NCBI GenBank assembly: GCA_051362555.1
Contig: CM120648.1
Coordinates: forward strand, 10,660,587-10,724,586
Reading direction: 5' to 3'
Length of the DNA: 64,000 nucleotides
From: Lingula anatina
Taxonomy: Eukaryota > Animalia > Brachiopoda
Both the position numbers and the translations under genes were made by a program. Numbering within the stretch: the first letter of the stretch is position 1; the number at the start of each line of letters is the position of its first letter. Below the pieces are notes generated by a model, which saw nothing but the letters and a program-made list of their open reading frames with translations, was not told the origin of the DNA and searched no databases. This document shows, piece after piece, positions 50,401 to 64,000 of the stretch.

Positions 50401-53400
50401 TCCTTGAATCTCATATTTTGAATTTCTCTATTGCACTCATGTATTGTAGAATATCACATGAAGAGGTGTTATCGCTTTTAGCACCATTTGGAATTTACTG
50501 CATAATCTCATGTTTACATGCAGGGAAGACCCATCAGATCCAGAATGCTGAGTTGGTGGCAATCATAGAAAACCCGTACTACGTGTCCTATACTTATTGC
50601 CACAGCTTCGGTCTCACGGAGAAGTACATAGTGGTCATAGAGCAACCGTTGTTCATCAACATTCTCTCCATACTGACCTCTAAGATACGGGGAGTTCCCT
50701 TCTCTGATTGTTTTTATTGGGACAAGAATTGCAAGGTAAAAAGAAAATATTACATACTATAATATGTACATGTGCCATGCTGTCAAATATGCCATCGGTC
50801 TGAATGATAGGTGTAATTTTTCTGCATTATTAAACATTACAACCAAATAAAAATAGCATAAATATATTAATTTTCACACTTTCAGACTGTGTTCCACATC
50901 ATCAACAAGAAGACAGGAGAGACAATTAACCCTGGTTACCACTATGTTGGGGACCCACTTCTGGTCTTCCATCACATCAACGCTTATGAGGACAACGGTG
51001 CGTGAGTGTTGTTCCCCGCGTATGCGTGGATTAAATGTTACCCATGAAGCGAGCATGGATTCCGTATGACGCAGATAAACTACTTTTAGTAGTTTCTTTT
51101 ATGACTCAAATAAAGTTGACATCCAAGGCATAAACCAAACTTTTACCTCGGTGAACCAAAAAAAGCTTTAAAAACGGTAGCAATTTCAAATTTCTGGTCG
51201 TTATTTTACCCTTATTGTCCGCCCCCAAAGTTTCTAAAAGCCAGTCGAACGACGTGGTAGTGTGTGGGACAATACTGCTGCGTGTGCAGTAGCATGAATA
51301 TTCAAATAAGATGAGGGAAACAACCTAGAGCTATATACAGCACACAAAAATCAGAAAATATCTGTTCAAATGCCGTGTTTCAGGAAGTGCAGTGGCATTT
51401 CTCTAAATTTGGGTTGGGTTATGTTCGAGTGTTTTTCTACATATGTAACTTTAGGGGAGCTTTATTTGGTTAATTGTTAAACATAAACACGGGTGAATTT
51501 CGATCGTGAATACACATATAAGAAAAGTGGGACGTGATATTGGGTTAAAGCTAGTAGATCATTGCTCAACTGATTGAATTATTATTTCCAGGTCACGTGG
51601 TTCTTGACATATGCTCGGGGGAAGATGGTTCCGTTTTTCGAACCATAACACGAGATAATATCGACAAACAGAGATTTGGCGGGACTTCGGCAGTTCGACC
51701 AAGGCGCTTTGTGCTGCCTCTAAATATAAGGCAAGATGTAGGTTTCTTTTACCGTTTTTGCCAATTATTTATGAATAAATGTTAGAGAAAAAAGAAAGCG
51801 AATGGGCAGCAAAGAGTGACAGAATTACAGAGTTATCTTCGCTTTATACGAGAAAATGACTTTGTCCTTTTCACAATATTTTTGGTAAAACCAACTGCAG
51901 ATATATTTGTATTACGTTCCTTGCATATGTGTTAATTTTAACTAAAAGGGGAAATATTGAAATTGATACTGATGCCATGTTGATTAAAAAACAGCATGCA
52001 GTGTTATTATAACAATTCCCTTTTTAAAAGGTGGTTGGCGGTAACCTAGTTACACTTTCTGGTACAACATCCACAGCCACCTTGTTGTCTAGCAACGAGA
52101 TATATTGCAAGGAGGAACTTCTTGGAGACTTGTGTAAGTAAAATGCAATCGTGTCTAATGTATGACATGACAAACTAAACATTTTGTCCTGATAGCAGTT
52201 TGAGGAAATCCAAATTATGTCCCACTGGCAATGCGATTAACTTGACCTGGCAATATTCTCTGCTGTTGCCGCCCTTTGAAAGCATCATATACTAGCGACC
52301 GCTTTGCGAATGAATTTTAAGCTACTATTGCCGTTGATCGAAGCGAATCGCCTTGTTGTTGCAGTCTGATGTCTAAGTGAACTGTATTTTATCCAATCTA
52401 CATTTATCATGATTTATGTTTCAGGCTCAGAATTCCCCACAGTAAACTATGACCAAATGAATGGTGTGAAATACCGGTACATGTACAGTGTAACTTTCAG
52501 CGACACTGGGGAGTTTGGCCATGGGGTAGGTCACTATTGAAACGGTTAAAACCTTAATGTATTATGACACAGACTTATAACTGTCACAGTATGACATGGA
52601 GCACACCTAACGCACTGTGAAACAAAACAACACAAAACACATTGGGACACGAATAACATGGCAAACTTTGTGGCACAGCGTCATGTATTAGAGATCATTC
52701 CCATAACATTATCATACCATCAGTATCGGTCTATGTCCATAGGGATTCTCGATAAATTCCATTCAGTTTAAGCGTGCTCGACAGTTAATTACCCCTAGCA
52801 GCTTTAGTCGGTATGACAGAATTTAAGCAGCTTAAACTGAATGCAATTTATAGCGAGAATCTCCTCGGAGTTAGGTCGATCATACTGGTACAATAGGTTT
52901 TATGGGGACCCAGTCTTACAAAGGACACTACTGACTCTCAATTACAGCTCTTCCTTAACATTTGAACGTACTTCAAACTGTGCTATATATTACACCATTC
53001 ATTTTTTGTAATTTCATTATATATTATCCTCTATATAATTCCATTTAAAATTGTTTTAAAACTTTACATAGCCCAACACATCACCACATTGTATTTTTCT
53101 TGATTCACTTTTCAGTTGGTAAAGACAGATGTTCAAGCAAAGACAACCCAGGAGTGGACAGAGGAAGGCTGCTGCTTTACAGAACCCTGGTTTGTGCCTT
53201 CACCAAATAGTGACGGAGAAGATGATGGTAAGACAGCACGAACTCACTGGGCAACTGTCACACCAAATACTGAAACAAAATTCAAACTGTCACACCTTAT
53301 CACAACCACACATTATCACAATTGTGCCAGGACTTACCACCTGTCACACCTACCACAATTGCAAAACCCAACTCGATGGGGTATTGATTCACGGGTCTTT

Positions 53401-53951
53401 AAATGTGCCATTGAAATATTATGAAACATTTAACTTATGGGTTGATTTGCGAGTTTCTGTGCCATTGAGATATTATTTAACCCAAGGGCATCTGTATTAT
53501 AAATAGCATGCAACGCACGTTTGCAGTGGCATTACGCATGGTAACAGTATGCGAATGTACTAAGTATGCTAATGTACTAAGAATGGGAAATCAACTAACG
53601 TCAGTAACGTACAGGCGGTATGAGTATAACAATAATGATGTGGGCTTCTAAAGAGACCTTTAATATTCTGAGTGATTTTTGGGTATTAGAATAAATCATA
53701 GCAGAATAAAATATCTTAAAAAGTCGCTGTTACTATAGTTGGTGTAGCTCGACTTCAATGCATTCTTGCTTGTCTTTGTAGGTGTTATTTTATCGGCCGT
53801 CCACAATGCCCAGATGAAAACATACCTGCTTGTCTTGGACGCCAAAACCTTCACTGAGCTGGGACGAGCAGAGTTTGATGTGGCGCCACCTACAGGTTTT
53901 CATGGACGTTTTCTTGACAGTGACATGATTCGTGGTTTGGAAAAAGAGTGA
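47335..53951 (+). CDS. Carotenoid cleavage oxygenase copy 3, 11 exons, 522 aa
   Basis: Exons 47335-47398, 48414-48672, 48929-49076, 50065-50206, 50524-50735, 50886-50997, 51592-51737, 52031-52133, 52425-52525, 53116-53227 and 53782-53951. Same lengths and phases as copy 2; all four His ligands intact. Confidence 0.95.
49619..49897. mobile_element. MITE (CAGGGCCGTAGCC TIR, TGTTC TSD) in BCO copy 3 intron 3
   Basis: Same insertion site as 27494-27778. Confidence 0.88.
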
Positions 53952-55104
53952 AATGAACAATAGTGGCCATCGCGGCAATTTTGTTAAAGTAATTTGGACT
54001 TGATGAAAGGCTTCAAAAAGAACAAATTTAGTAAAAAGAAAACTGAGCTGATTATAAAATTCAAATTGAAGTTTTAGGGAAAAGAGCTAGAAGAAAATAT
54101 TAAAAAAAAAGAAACCCAATTGGAACTTTCCAGGAATGCTTATCTACAAACCCTTTTTTATATTAAATAATGTTAATTACATGTTGGTAGGATCGAATAT
54201 AATGGGCTTTGCTTAAATGGACCACTGCTCGATTCCTTGTAGTGAAGAGAGGAATTTTTTCAAAATTTCCCTTACTACTTTAAGGCTCTAATAGAAAACT
54301 GACCTCTTTATATTTTCGAGACACACTGTATACACAAACAAAGTAAAATCATCTAAATGATAGCAATCAGTTAAAACAGCAAACAGATAGTATGGGACCC
54401 TGGTTTTTGAATTTACGTTCAAAAGTATTTTGGCATACTGCCGTCGGCTATGAGGGAGACAAAAACACTTTTATATTGAAACGTCATTGTTCTCTCATAT
54501 TTTAAAATATTTAATTTTATTTCATGTACTATATGTTTCTTTTAACTTTTTTTATAACATAAAGCATTTAAGTGATTTTTCATAGTACCATTTATTCCAG
54601 TTATGGTTATTTTGAAATGTACATTTTGCAACGTTCCATTTTCGCAACGAAGAAAAAAATAACAAATATGTTTCGGAAAAGTAAAAATGACCAAATACTT
54701 GCAAATATAATTATAATTACTTGGTTGGAATCTTTTGATCTCATATTAAACTAGAAAAAAATCAATAGTAGGTCAGTTGAAGTTGTCGTAATTGTTTGCT
54801 TATTCTTATTCTGTTACAGTTTTTTTCTATTCATAATACTAAGTGTCTGCAAGTTGTACTTTTTGATAAATTAAATGCACTCATAAAAATGTTTTTCTAT
54901 TATTTGAATATTTATAAAAAAAATCAGAAGCAAACCCAGCGATGTGTTTCTTAGCAACAAAATTGAATAAACTATTTGAAGTGGAAAGTGGAATATCAGT
55001 ACGTGTTCTAGTCCCTATATAGCGTTTTGTATCGTATTGTAATGTGTGAATAAACCCATAATAAAATTCATTGTGTGTTGTGCATGACGTTTATTGTTTT
55101 ATTA

Positions 55105-55141
<37 letters not shown>

Positions 55142-55329
55142 AGAATATTATTAATCCGTTTAATGGAAAATTGTAATAGTAATTTATCTAATGTGGCTAT
55201 GTAATTATCTATACGTTTGTTTGAAATATTAGTATATCCAAATTTTGAAATGCTTTATCAAACAGGTAAATACATGATTTGACTATGTTGAAATGTCAAC
55301 ATAACTGTTTAACTTTACGAAAAGTATCA

Positions 55330-55367
<38 letters not shown>

Positions 55368-56265
55368 CACACATACGGAACACACACATACTCCAGATTA
55401 GCCATTTCATATTATTAACTTTTAAGAAATAATCGAAATGAGACCAAAATTCACTAGTGCATAAAGGTAGGTGTGCTGTCTTGGTATACTGACCCCACGA
55501 ACACGTATAGAAAATGTAATCAGTTGCTGCATGGCCTTATCATCTACAACCAAGGGTGAACCACCTGTCTTATTCCCTCCCGGTGGGGGTTAAAAAGGAT
55601 AAGAAATATTTTGATTTTAAGGTATCAATAGTAGATGGGCCATTCACCACTGAAGCTATATATATAGTTAGTCTGAAACCAGGAAAGCCGCCGTGTTTGT
55701 GTGCCTCTACTTGTGCGGGTAAACTTTTCAACAAGGACGTGGGCAACTGTGCGTATGCATGCTAACAGCTCACAATTTTTTAAAGTAAAGGAATGTTCGA
55801 TTATTTCAATTCCTGTTTAACTCTTTCTTAAATTTGTTTCAAAATAAGTTTTTTGTATCATCATAAAATCTAAAGAGAAGCGTTTCATTTCTGTTCCGTT
55901 TAGTAACCATCTACCCGGTAGCATCATGTATTGAAACCCTTTCTCTATCTGAAGAGGAACTAACAGCAGTACTGAAAAATTAATTACATAATTACTATAC
56001 AGTAAACATACTCTTCAGATTATTCGACGAATGATTTTTTAAAATTATTTCTTCTAAAGAGTATGAAAGTCGAACCCCCTTCAGGACCCCCCCCCAACTC
56101 ACACCCCTGACCTCGTGTCACCCGTGTTCAACATGTGTTACATTAAACTTTTATCTCAGCGCCGTGTCACCATTCGTGACTTACACAACTGGAATTCTCT
56201 CTATGGCAGACTTGTCTCTAAGGTTATAAGGATCTCAGTTCAACTGCCCCTACTGAGATTTCACG

Positions 56266-57520
56266 ATGAAGACGTTGTTTTTATTGCTGACTGTGGGTAT
56301 GACCGTATCCGCACTGGTAAGTTGCAGTTGTCTTTTAAGATTTTTATTTATTTTGGTTTTAAATTTATTCTTATTTCCTTATTTTGAATGTTTAGCAACT
56401 GAAATACTGTAGTTAACTGACTAAAGGCATCCTGTCCGACATTTTCAAGCAAAATCGAACTTCCATCTGAAAAGAAATTAATTTTTTTCCTGCCCACAAA
56501 TAATTGTATGGTCAGTCCATGTACTTCGATTCAACATTTTACACCATTTTAATCAAATAATTTTATTGGTTCTCAATGAATGAACCGATGTTTAGATTAC
56601 TATGTCTTAAAGTACATCTCAGAATGGAATATCGACGTCAGGTACCATAATAAGAGGGGTTTATCGTAATTAAATATGTATTATACACATAGTAAATGCA
56701 TGTATGGTTTGGGAAGTTTCCAAACGCGTGTATTCTCTACGTGTTGATTTTTGAAACACTACAATATTTGAGATACTCATTTACATAATATGTCATGTTC
56801 TCTTCGAAATCCAGCAATTTGGTGACACAAAACAAGGCAAGCGACAGGGTAAAACGGTCGAAAGGTTCAATGACAGAAAGTGGAGCTTTGTTTGCAACTA
56901 TGATAGCGACGGCGCGCTCCCAAGAGGGTCTAGAATACCGTGCAGATGGATAGATGTCACTAGAGGCAACTACGAGACCGCCATATACAACTCTGATAAT
57001 ATCGTGCAGCACAACCCAAAACATGGTCACAATAGGGGAAAGAAGACGCACAAACGAGAGAATCATATCATCCATTCTTCCTACATTGCCCTCGGAGATC
57101 CTGCGCCCAAGCAACGTGAAACTCGCCTCAAATCGCCCAAAGAACCAAAGAACTCAAAACCCGACCCAAACAAAACGGGAACTACTCAAGGGAATCCTTG
57201 CGACCCAAATCCGTGTCCTAAAGACGCCAAAGGCAAAGCAGTAAAATGTCAAGTAAATCTTAAAGAGAATACGTACAAATGTAAAATACCAAAAGGTAAG
57301 TTATTCTGGGAATTTCTTGTTTTTTTTTTTTTTTCGGGAAGGGGGGTGGGCTGGGAGATGTACATGCATGTACTTTATAATTTTACTTAGAAGCTAATCT
57401 GCTTTTATATTATGCACATGTTGCTTTATTAAAACAAGCTAGCTGGCATATCTAACGACAATCTCTTGTGTATTCTCACATCGGATTTTATATGCCAGTG
57501 TAAAGCGGTTTTAGGAAATG

Positions 57521-57561
<41 letters not shown>

Positions 57562-60500
57562 GACCGGTGCTATTATATAGATGCACCTACTGTAATAGGC
57601 ATCTTGTAATGAAAAAGTGGCAGTGCTACCAACATATAAAATATATATTAAAATGACACCTGGCATACTATGAAGAAGCCACATGGGCTACCTACTGTAG
57701 ACGAGGATAACTCTCAAAGAACCTGCTAACTGTAGGTTTACATATATGTCCAAAATGCCGCGTTATCATATCCCGCCCAGGGTTTATATGAAGTATTTAG
57801 TTCCTTGCGTATCCTTACATACGTAAGGCATGACCTTAAGTACGTAAAGCATAACTTTAGAAACATTACGGTCTCTATTTAGAAACGTTTACCCTTGGTC
57901 CTGCAAATTGTTAAAGATTGATAATTTTGCAAAATGTTAGATGATTGAAAAATGCTATTTATCGTTTTTTTGTCTTGTCATTTGCCACAGTGCATTTTTC
58001 ATACCTTAGGAGATTTGGCTCTAACTTTAATTTAAATAATTATGGTTTTAACTGTATCTAATGCGTCATTCTTGTTGTCTAATAGTCTAGGTAGTCTTTC
58101 TGGTTGTTTTATATTCTGAAAGGAATTTAAATAAGTTGTGGACAGTGAGAGTGTCCATAATTCTAACACATGAAGTAATTGTATGGAAAAGCTTATTAGT
58201 TAATTCATTTAACATTGAAAGAAATATTGGTTTAAATACAAAATGAAGTCCGTCATCAACCCAGTCAGAAGTCACAGTTTCCTTTCGTACCTCTTGGTGC
58301 AGCGCGCAAAGGCTTTCTCTTTTCTGCCTTCAAATCAGAGAATGCAAAGACTCTTAGATAAACAGAGAATTATTATATTTCAGTCTTGAATTATCTTCGA
58401 TCTTGCAACATAAAAGATGCACATGAAGTCATTTTTTTGCCACAAAAGTCAACCATATGCCAGCATTTGGTTTCAAGTAGTATAACTAAGAGAATTACCA
58501 AAATGCGTTGTTTAATTTTACCAAAAATGATATTCGAACGGATTTTTCTGCTAACATCCTATGCTGTATAACAATGGGGCAGAAAAGTAAATCACGAAAG
58601 TAGGTTAAATTTCTGACCAAAAATTCAAAGAAAGGAGCAGTCAAATTTTTTTTTTATTATTAATGTCTGATCAAGTGATTTATTCAGTTTATCCATTGGC
58701 ATGTCGAATTTATTTTCGTCGTTGTAGAAACTTGTAAAAGTGGTTTATATATGTTACTGGGAAACCACACTCCACCGATTCTCGGTTCATATGTACCTTT
58801 AAATGATATATTATAGATACTAATATAGGTATTGGCATTGTCATTGAACACTGGGGCATTATGTTTCTTACAGACACGTGCGTTGTGGATGGAGAACTCT
58901 TGGCAAAAAACAATGAGAGAGTTATTGGGTGCAAGTCTTGTGTTTGCCACCTGCCAAAAATCAAAGAACCAGTCTGTAGTAGCATGTAAGTCAATTGTTA
59001 TTCTCCCTCTCCCTCTCTCTTCAGAGCGGTCGTCACCCATATAAATTAACCAACACCAACTGGTAATTATTATAATAAAATAAGTACACTTTGTTTTTCC
59101 ATCAGAAGTTGCTAATAAAAATGGGTGCGCATCCTCTTCCTTCTATAACAAACTCAAATAATTAAGATAAAACATCGACAAGGTAAGTTTTGGTATATGC
59201 GATATGCATACTGTAACTCGAGCTTCTGCAAGTAAATTCTAAATTTGAAAAATCATAACAATGCCTATTCCAGCTGTAAATCATGGAACCCTGCTCTGAT
59301 ACCATCTGCGTGTAAACTTATCACACCTCCTGGGAAATGCTGTCAGGAACTCGACTGTAGCGGGTCCGGGGCAGCCAATGCTGTCTCAACAAAGACTACA
59401 ACGCCATCTATCGTCACGAGTACCGCTGCTCCCAAGAACCCGTGTGACCCAAACCCTTGTCCCAAAGACGCTAAAGGTAACCCGGTAAAATGTGAAGTGA
59501 GACCTAAAGAGGGGACATTCAAGTGTAAAATACCTAAGAGTAAGTGAGAACTGATTTACAAAAGTAATTGTTGCTTCTCTTTTAGAACATACAATTGTTT
59601 GACTTCATTGTCGGATTTTCTTTAATCATGTTTGTTATTGCCCACGTTACTTGCCGTTCTTTAAATTGTCTTAAAGGTTTTGAAATGTACACACTTTGTC
59701 GTTGTCGGTCGTACGGGCATTCAAAGTTGCAACGACCAAACTAAGGGAAATTCGTTGGGACATACGCATTTTATGAGCATGAACACGTGTACTTTCAACC
59801 TGACCACGTGTGCACGCCCGCACGAAAATGCAGTAGTATCGAAGTTGCAAAAAAGCATTAACGGAGCATGGTGTGGAGCATATTTGCAGTAGAAATGCAG
59901 CATAGCCTACTGCAATTCTACTCCAAAAAGTACATAGGTTTGTACAGAGAGGAGCATTAATGCAATAGATTAGCAGCATGATAGAAGCATGTTTCAAATA
60001 TGCTAGTTAGCTCCCAATCGAAGCAGATTTGAAGCATGTTTGCTATAAGATTGAAGTAGTCTACTGCGGTTTGCAGTATGATTGCAGTAGTCTACTGCGC
60101 TGGAGTATCTACTTCGTTTTCTTGCGGGCCGCGTAGATGCTGTACCAATAACGTTTCAACTTTCAATAATGTCTTGCGAATGTCATGCAACAACCCCTCC
60201 CCTCCCCCCCCCCCCCCCCAAAAAAAAAAAAAAGACAGAAAGGCCTCCACGCAATAACTTTTCAACCAGTCTTGTCGGAGAAATGGCACTACTGTACCTA
60301 ATGTTTTTTTTATAAATGCTAGCAATTCGACACTTACTATGTCATAAAATGGAAGATAATCGTGTGCGTTGCAGATGTAACCAAAATTTTAAGTTGTGGG
60401 GTTGTCATGATGCATTGGCACATGGTCGAATTCAAACCGATTAGCCCAGCTATATTTCTTACAGATACGTGCACTGTGGATGGAGAGGTCTTGGCACTGA

Positions 60501-61567
60501 ATGAGAGGAGAGTAATTGGGTGCAAATCTTGTTTCTGTTTTTGGTTTCTTATTGTGACGTACCGTTGTGATGATACGTAAGTTCCTCTCTCTCTTTCTGT
60601 CTCTCTCTCACCACAGAGACTGGTATTAACACCCTCTCCCTTTTTTCCCCCCCCCCCCAACACACACACACACACCCACGCACACCCGCTCTCTTATTTT
60701 GACTCTCTCTCTCTCTCTCTCTCTCTCCGTTTATAATGATAACCTGTAAAATTTGTCAAGACAACCTGTCACTTTTTAAATGGATTGTTTTATATTTCGT
60801 GTTTGCAATTAAATCTAAATCCACTCATTCCAGTTGCTCATCATCCACCACCACAACCACCGAACCAACCACGACCACAGCGGTACCAACCACAACAACC
60901 ACCGTGCCAACCACAACCACCACGACAACCACAACAACAACAACCGTACGAACAACTACCTTGAAGGAACCCACCACAAAAACCACCGAACCAACAACGA
61001 CCACGATGAAACCGACCAAAGCAGCCACCGTACCAACCACTACCACAGCAAAACCCACAACCAAAATTATACCCACAACCACCCTGGCGCCCCTGACCCC
61101 CTGTGAACCAAACCCGTGTCCCAAAGACGCCCATGGTCAGCCTATTGCCTGTCAAACGAAACCTGCAGATGGCACACACGAGTGTATAAAACCAACAGGT
61201 CAGTAACTTTTGCAGCTGTTCCAGGTTTTACACTTCTAATGGACTATTCTGTTAAAATGAAATGATTTTATGGATACAACGGTTCTGATAACGTATTTGA
61301 GTCGTAAAGTTAGTCTGATTTTGAAATGATAGCTGCAAACAATTCCTCGAAAACAATGGCTTTTTCAGAGAAACAAGGGCTTCGTACTAAAATGTTGTTA
61401 TTCATTTAGCACCTGTTTAATGATCAATAAAATGGGATTTAATTAATAATTCCAGATATGTGTATAGTGGATGACGAGCTGCTGGCTCGAGCAGAGAGAA
61501 GAATTATTGGCTGCAAGAACTGTATCTGTCTTAACCCTAGCGCAAACTTTGCGTTCTGTGAGTCAAC

Positions 61568-61611
<44 letters not shown>

Positions 61612-62754
61612 CAGGTAGGTGCCCTAAAACGTTATTATCAACTATCGACTGTTGATACCAGTAAAAGACATTTAATATTAAGATACTTATCCAAGCCTTC
61701 ACATTGTTCTATTGACTCTAGATTTGACACGTGTAATATTGTAGGTGTAAGCCGTGGACCCCTGATCAGATTCCACCTGGCTGTCAGCTTATAACGCCTC
61801 CTGGAAAATGTTGCCAAGAACTTGACTGTAGCGGGGTTGCAGTGAACAATACAGTGCCAACGAAAACCGTACCTGTAACAACGACCTCAATTCTCACGAA
61901 CCCCTGTGAGCCAAACCCGTGCCCCAAAGATGCTAAAGGTCAGCCTGTTGCCTGTCAAGTGAAACCTGCAGACGGAAAACATGAGTGCGTTAAACCAGAT
62001 GGTAAGTTCTCTCCGCACATAACTGTTTCTGTCAGACTGATTTTTAGGGATTTCTGTTTTATTTCATTTGTCTATTGGCTCACGTTTGAACGATATCTTA
62101 AAATTGCACTGATGCCATGGCTTTGATTTTACTTGAGTACGGTTCTGTATAAACTATATAAAAAGAATACACTAAAGTGACTATCACAAAATTTTAAATT
62201 GTCATATCTTTTAAAGCGTACATATGTAGATAAGATGAACAGTGTACAAACCGGAAGATATCACAAAGATAGATGTTCAGTGCATCTAGAAACCGAAACC
62301 CGTGAACCAGAGCCTGTGAACTGATTATTCCAGATATGTGTATGGTGGGTGACGAGCTGCTGGCCCGAGCAGAGAGAAGAGTTATTGGCTGCAAGAATTG
62401 TATCTGTCTTAACCCTAGCGCTAACTTTGCGTTCTGTGAGTCAACGTAAGTCTTTCTCCTTTCCTATCTCTGCTTCTCTCTCTCTCAAAAGCATACGCTT
62501 ACAAGCATCCAATACTGTCAAATTAAAGACATCTTTGTTGCCATGAACAAGGGGGTAATATCATGATCTATCGTAATATGTGCATTGTGCGTTGACTCTC
62601 TTAACTTTGATTATACACTTTACTCTTTCACACTAGATGTAAACCGTGGACCCCGGATCAGATTCCACCTGGCTGCCAGCTAGTTACACCTCCTGGAAAA
62701 TGTTGCCAAGAACTCGACTGTAGCGCGGTGGCAGCTGTTTCTTTGGGAAAATAA
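56266..62754 (+). CDS. Secreted cysteine-rich mucin-like protein: signal peptide, basic region, 4x[4-Cys EGF/FOLN-like + VWC-like], Thr-rich linkers (~661 aa)
   Basis: Exons 56266-56316 (MKTLFLLLTVGMTVSAL), 56815-57295, 58874-58985, 59274-59539, 60465-60576, 60834-61198, 61456-61567, 61745-62001, 62334-62445 and 62637-62754 total 1986 nt, GT-AG and in phase. VWC-like pattern C..DG.....GC..C.C...C...C...C...PGKCC....C. Confidence 0.85.
58412..58798 (-). mobile_element. Kolobok-like element end (intronic)
   Basis: Ends TGTACCT|TTAA; inverted homologue of 10634-10993. Confidence 0.55.
59817..60128. mobile_element. MITE-like element with CCCGCA(C/A)GAAAA termini and internal GCAGTAG repeats
   Basis: Imperfect TIRs; no clean TSD. 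Confidence 0.5.
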
Positions 62755-64000
62755 AATGCAGTGCCGCCATCTGCAGGGTATCAGACGAATAAGCAACAGC
62801 ATGCAATAGACATTGAACATTTATTTGGGATAACGTTAAATAAGGTGACACAGTTATGTAAGTTATATAAGGCAAATGAATTATACTTTCCTCACCATGT
62901 CAAACTTAATAAAAACAGCAATTTGCGTGAGAAAAAGTCTTGAATGTTTATTTGACTGTACACATGTATATTCATATAAAGTCATTGTATTCATTGCTAA
63001 TATACAGTCCTTGAGGTACAAATTCGAGTTATTAAATGCCAGTCTCTATAAGAATCAGAAAAATAATACTTGGCATTATGATATGACCCTGTAAGACTTG
63101 GCTTGTGTAGAACTATGTCTAAAACTTATAAATTAAACACTCAAAGTTGAATAATAATTAATTTATTTAAAAACAGAGTTTCACATTTGAATTCCCCATG
63201 CTTTATTGAAAGTTTAAGTAGCAGAATCTGGTGAGACTTCACCTACAAGTTTTCACAGTCGATTTTAGACAGTTATATTGATTATCGGGTTGGAAAAAAG
63301 GGAAATAAAAATTATGTAAATTTCGGTGATCTTGTTTAAGAGAACTTAAACTTATTAATAGCTCCAAAAAGAAGAGAATTCGACCAAAGACAAAATTTAG
63401 CTAATTATGAACTTCACTTGTGAAAGACAAGGAAGAGCCAAAAGGAAAAAAAAACTTATATTTTAAGCCAAGACATTTTTTATATAAATCATAAGATTTT
63501 CATATTTATGCTATGCCAATATGTACATGCTACTTACAAAACGCTTAAATACAGGAAAATAATGATTGACGATTTATTTTGAAATGCCGACTTGATTGTT
63601 TAACTTTAAAATCTACCGACAAAAAAAATGGATATCTTTCTCTCATCCTCTTTAAAACACATGTGCAGAACATACTCGGATCAGTAGTTTCATGTAAATA
63701 ACGCAAAAAAAAAAAAAAATCGATATAAGACCAACGTGCAAAAATGTGCCATGCCAACGATAAATTTAGTTTGACCCCACGAACGAGTATTGTAAACATT
63801 ACCAGCTGTTGGCCGTTATCAACGACAACGAAGTTTGGACCACCTGTTCGATTCCCAGCCCGGTGAGGGTTAAAAAGGATAGAAAAATAATTAGCTTTTT
63901 TAAAAAACAAATATGCCATCGACAATTAAACGCACGTGTTTCTAATCGTTTTAAAACCAGGTATGTCAATGCAATTGTGTCTGTGCTTGTGCAAGCGTAC

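Noticed and set aside
60825-61179. Poly-Val, Cys/Gly-rich (metallothionein-like) and His/Asn-rich ORFs
   Set aside because: These are alternative-frame and antisense readings of the ACN-rich Thr exon.

Overview
This is AT-rich eukaryotic (invertebrate animal-like) DNA with GT-AG introns, read by eye with no database searches. (1) 1-6196: the 5' part of a Ty3/Gypsy LTR retrotransposon on the - strand, with a PNMA-like gag, an open pol, a UUUAAAC -1 frameshift site plus hairpin, and a tRNA-His PBS. (2) Three tandem 11-exon carotenoid cleavage oxygenase genes (BCO/RPE65/NinaB family) on +. Copy 1 is a pseudogene; copies 2 and 3 splice to intact 522-aa proteins. (3) Tail-to-tail after copies 1 and 2 sits a small gene encoding a 122-aa CARD-like death-fold-only protein. 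Both end in an invariant SVECTEM and have a conserved NF-kB site upstream, and there are relics of further copies. (4) A complete 8.4-kb Gypsy element (36711-45110) with identical LTRs and a 4-bp TSD but a triply disrupted pol. (5) A 10-exon gene for a ~661-aa secreted protein built from four [4-Cys EGF-like + VWC] units with Thr-rich linkers. LINE remnants, a CACTG-type DNA transposon, MITEs and microsatellites are scattered throughout. The most interesting candidate system is the BCO + kB-linked CARD-only cassette, where BCO sequence is homogenised in patches while the CARD genes stay diverged.
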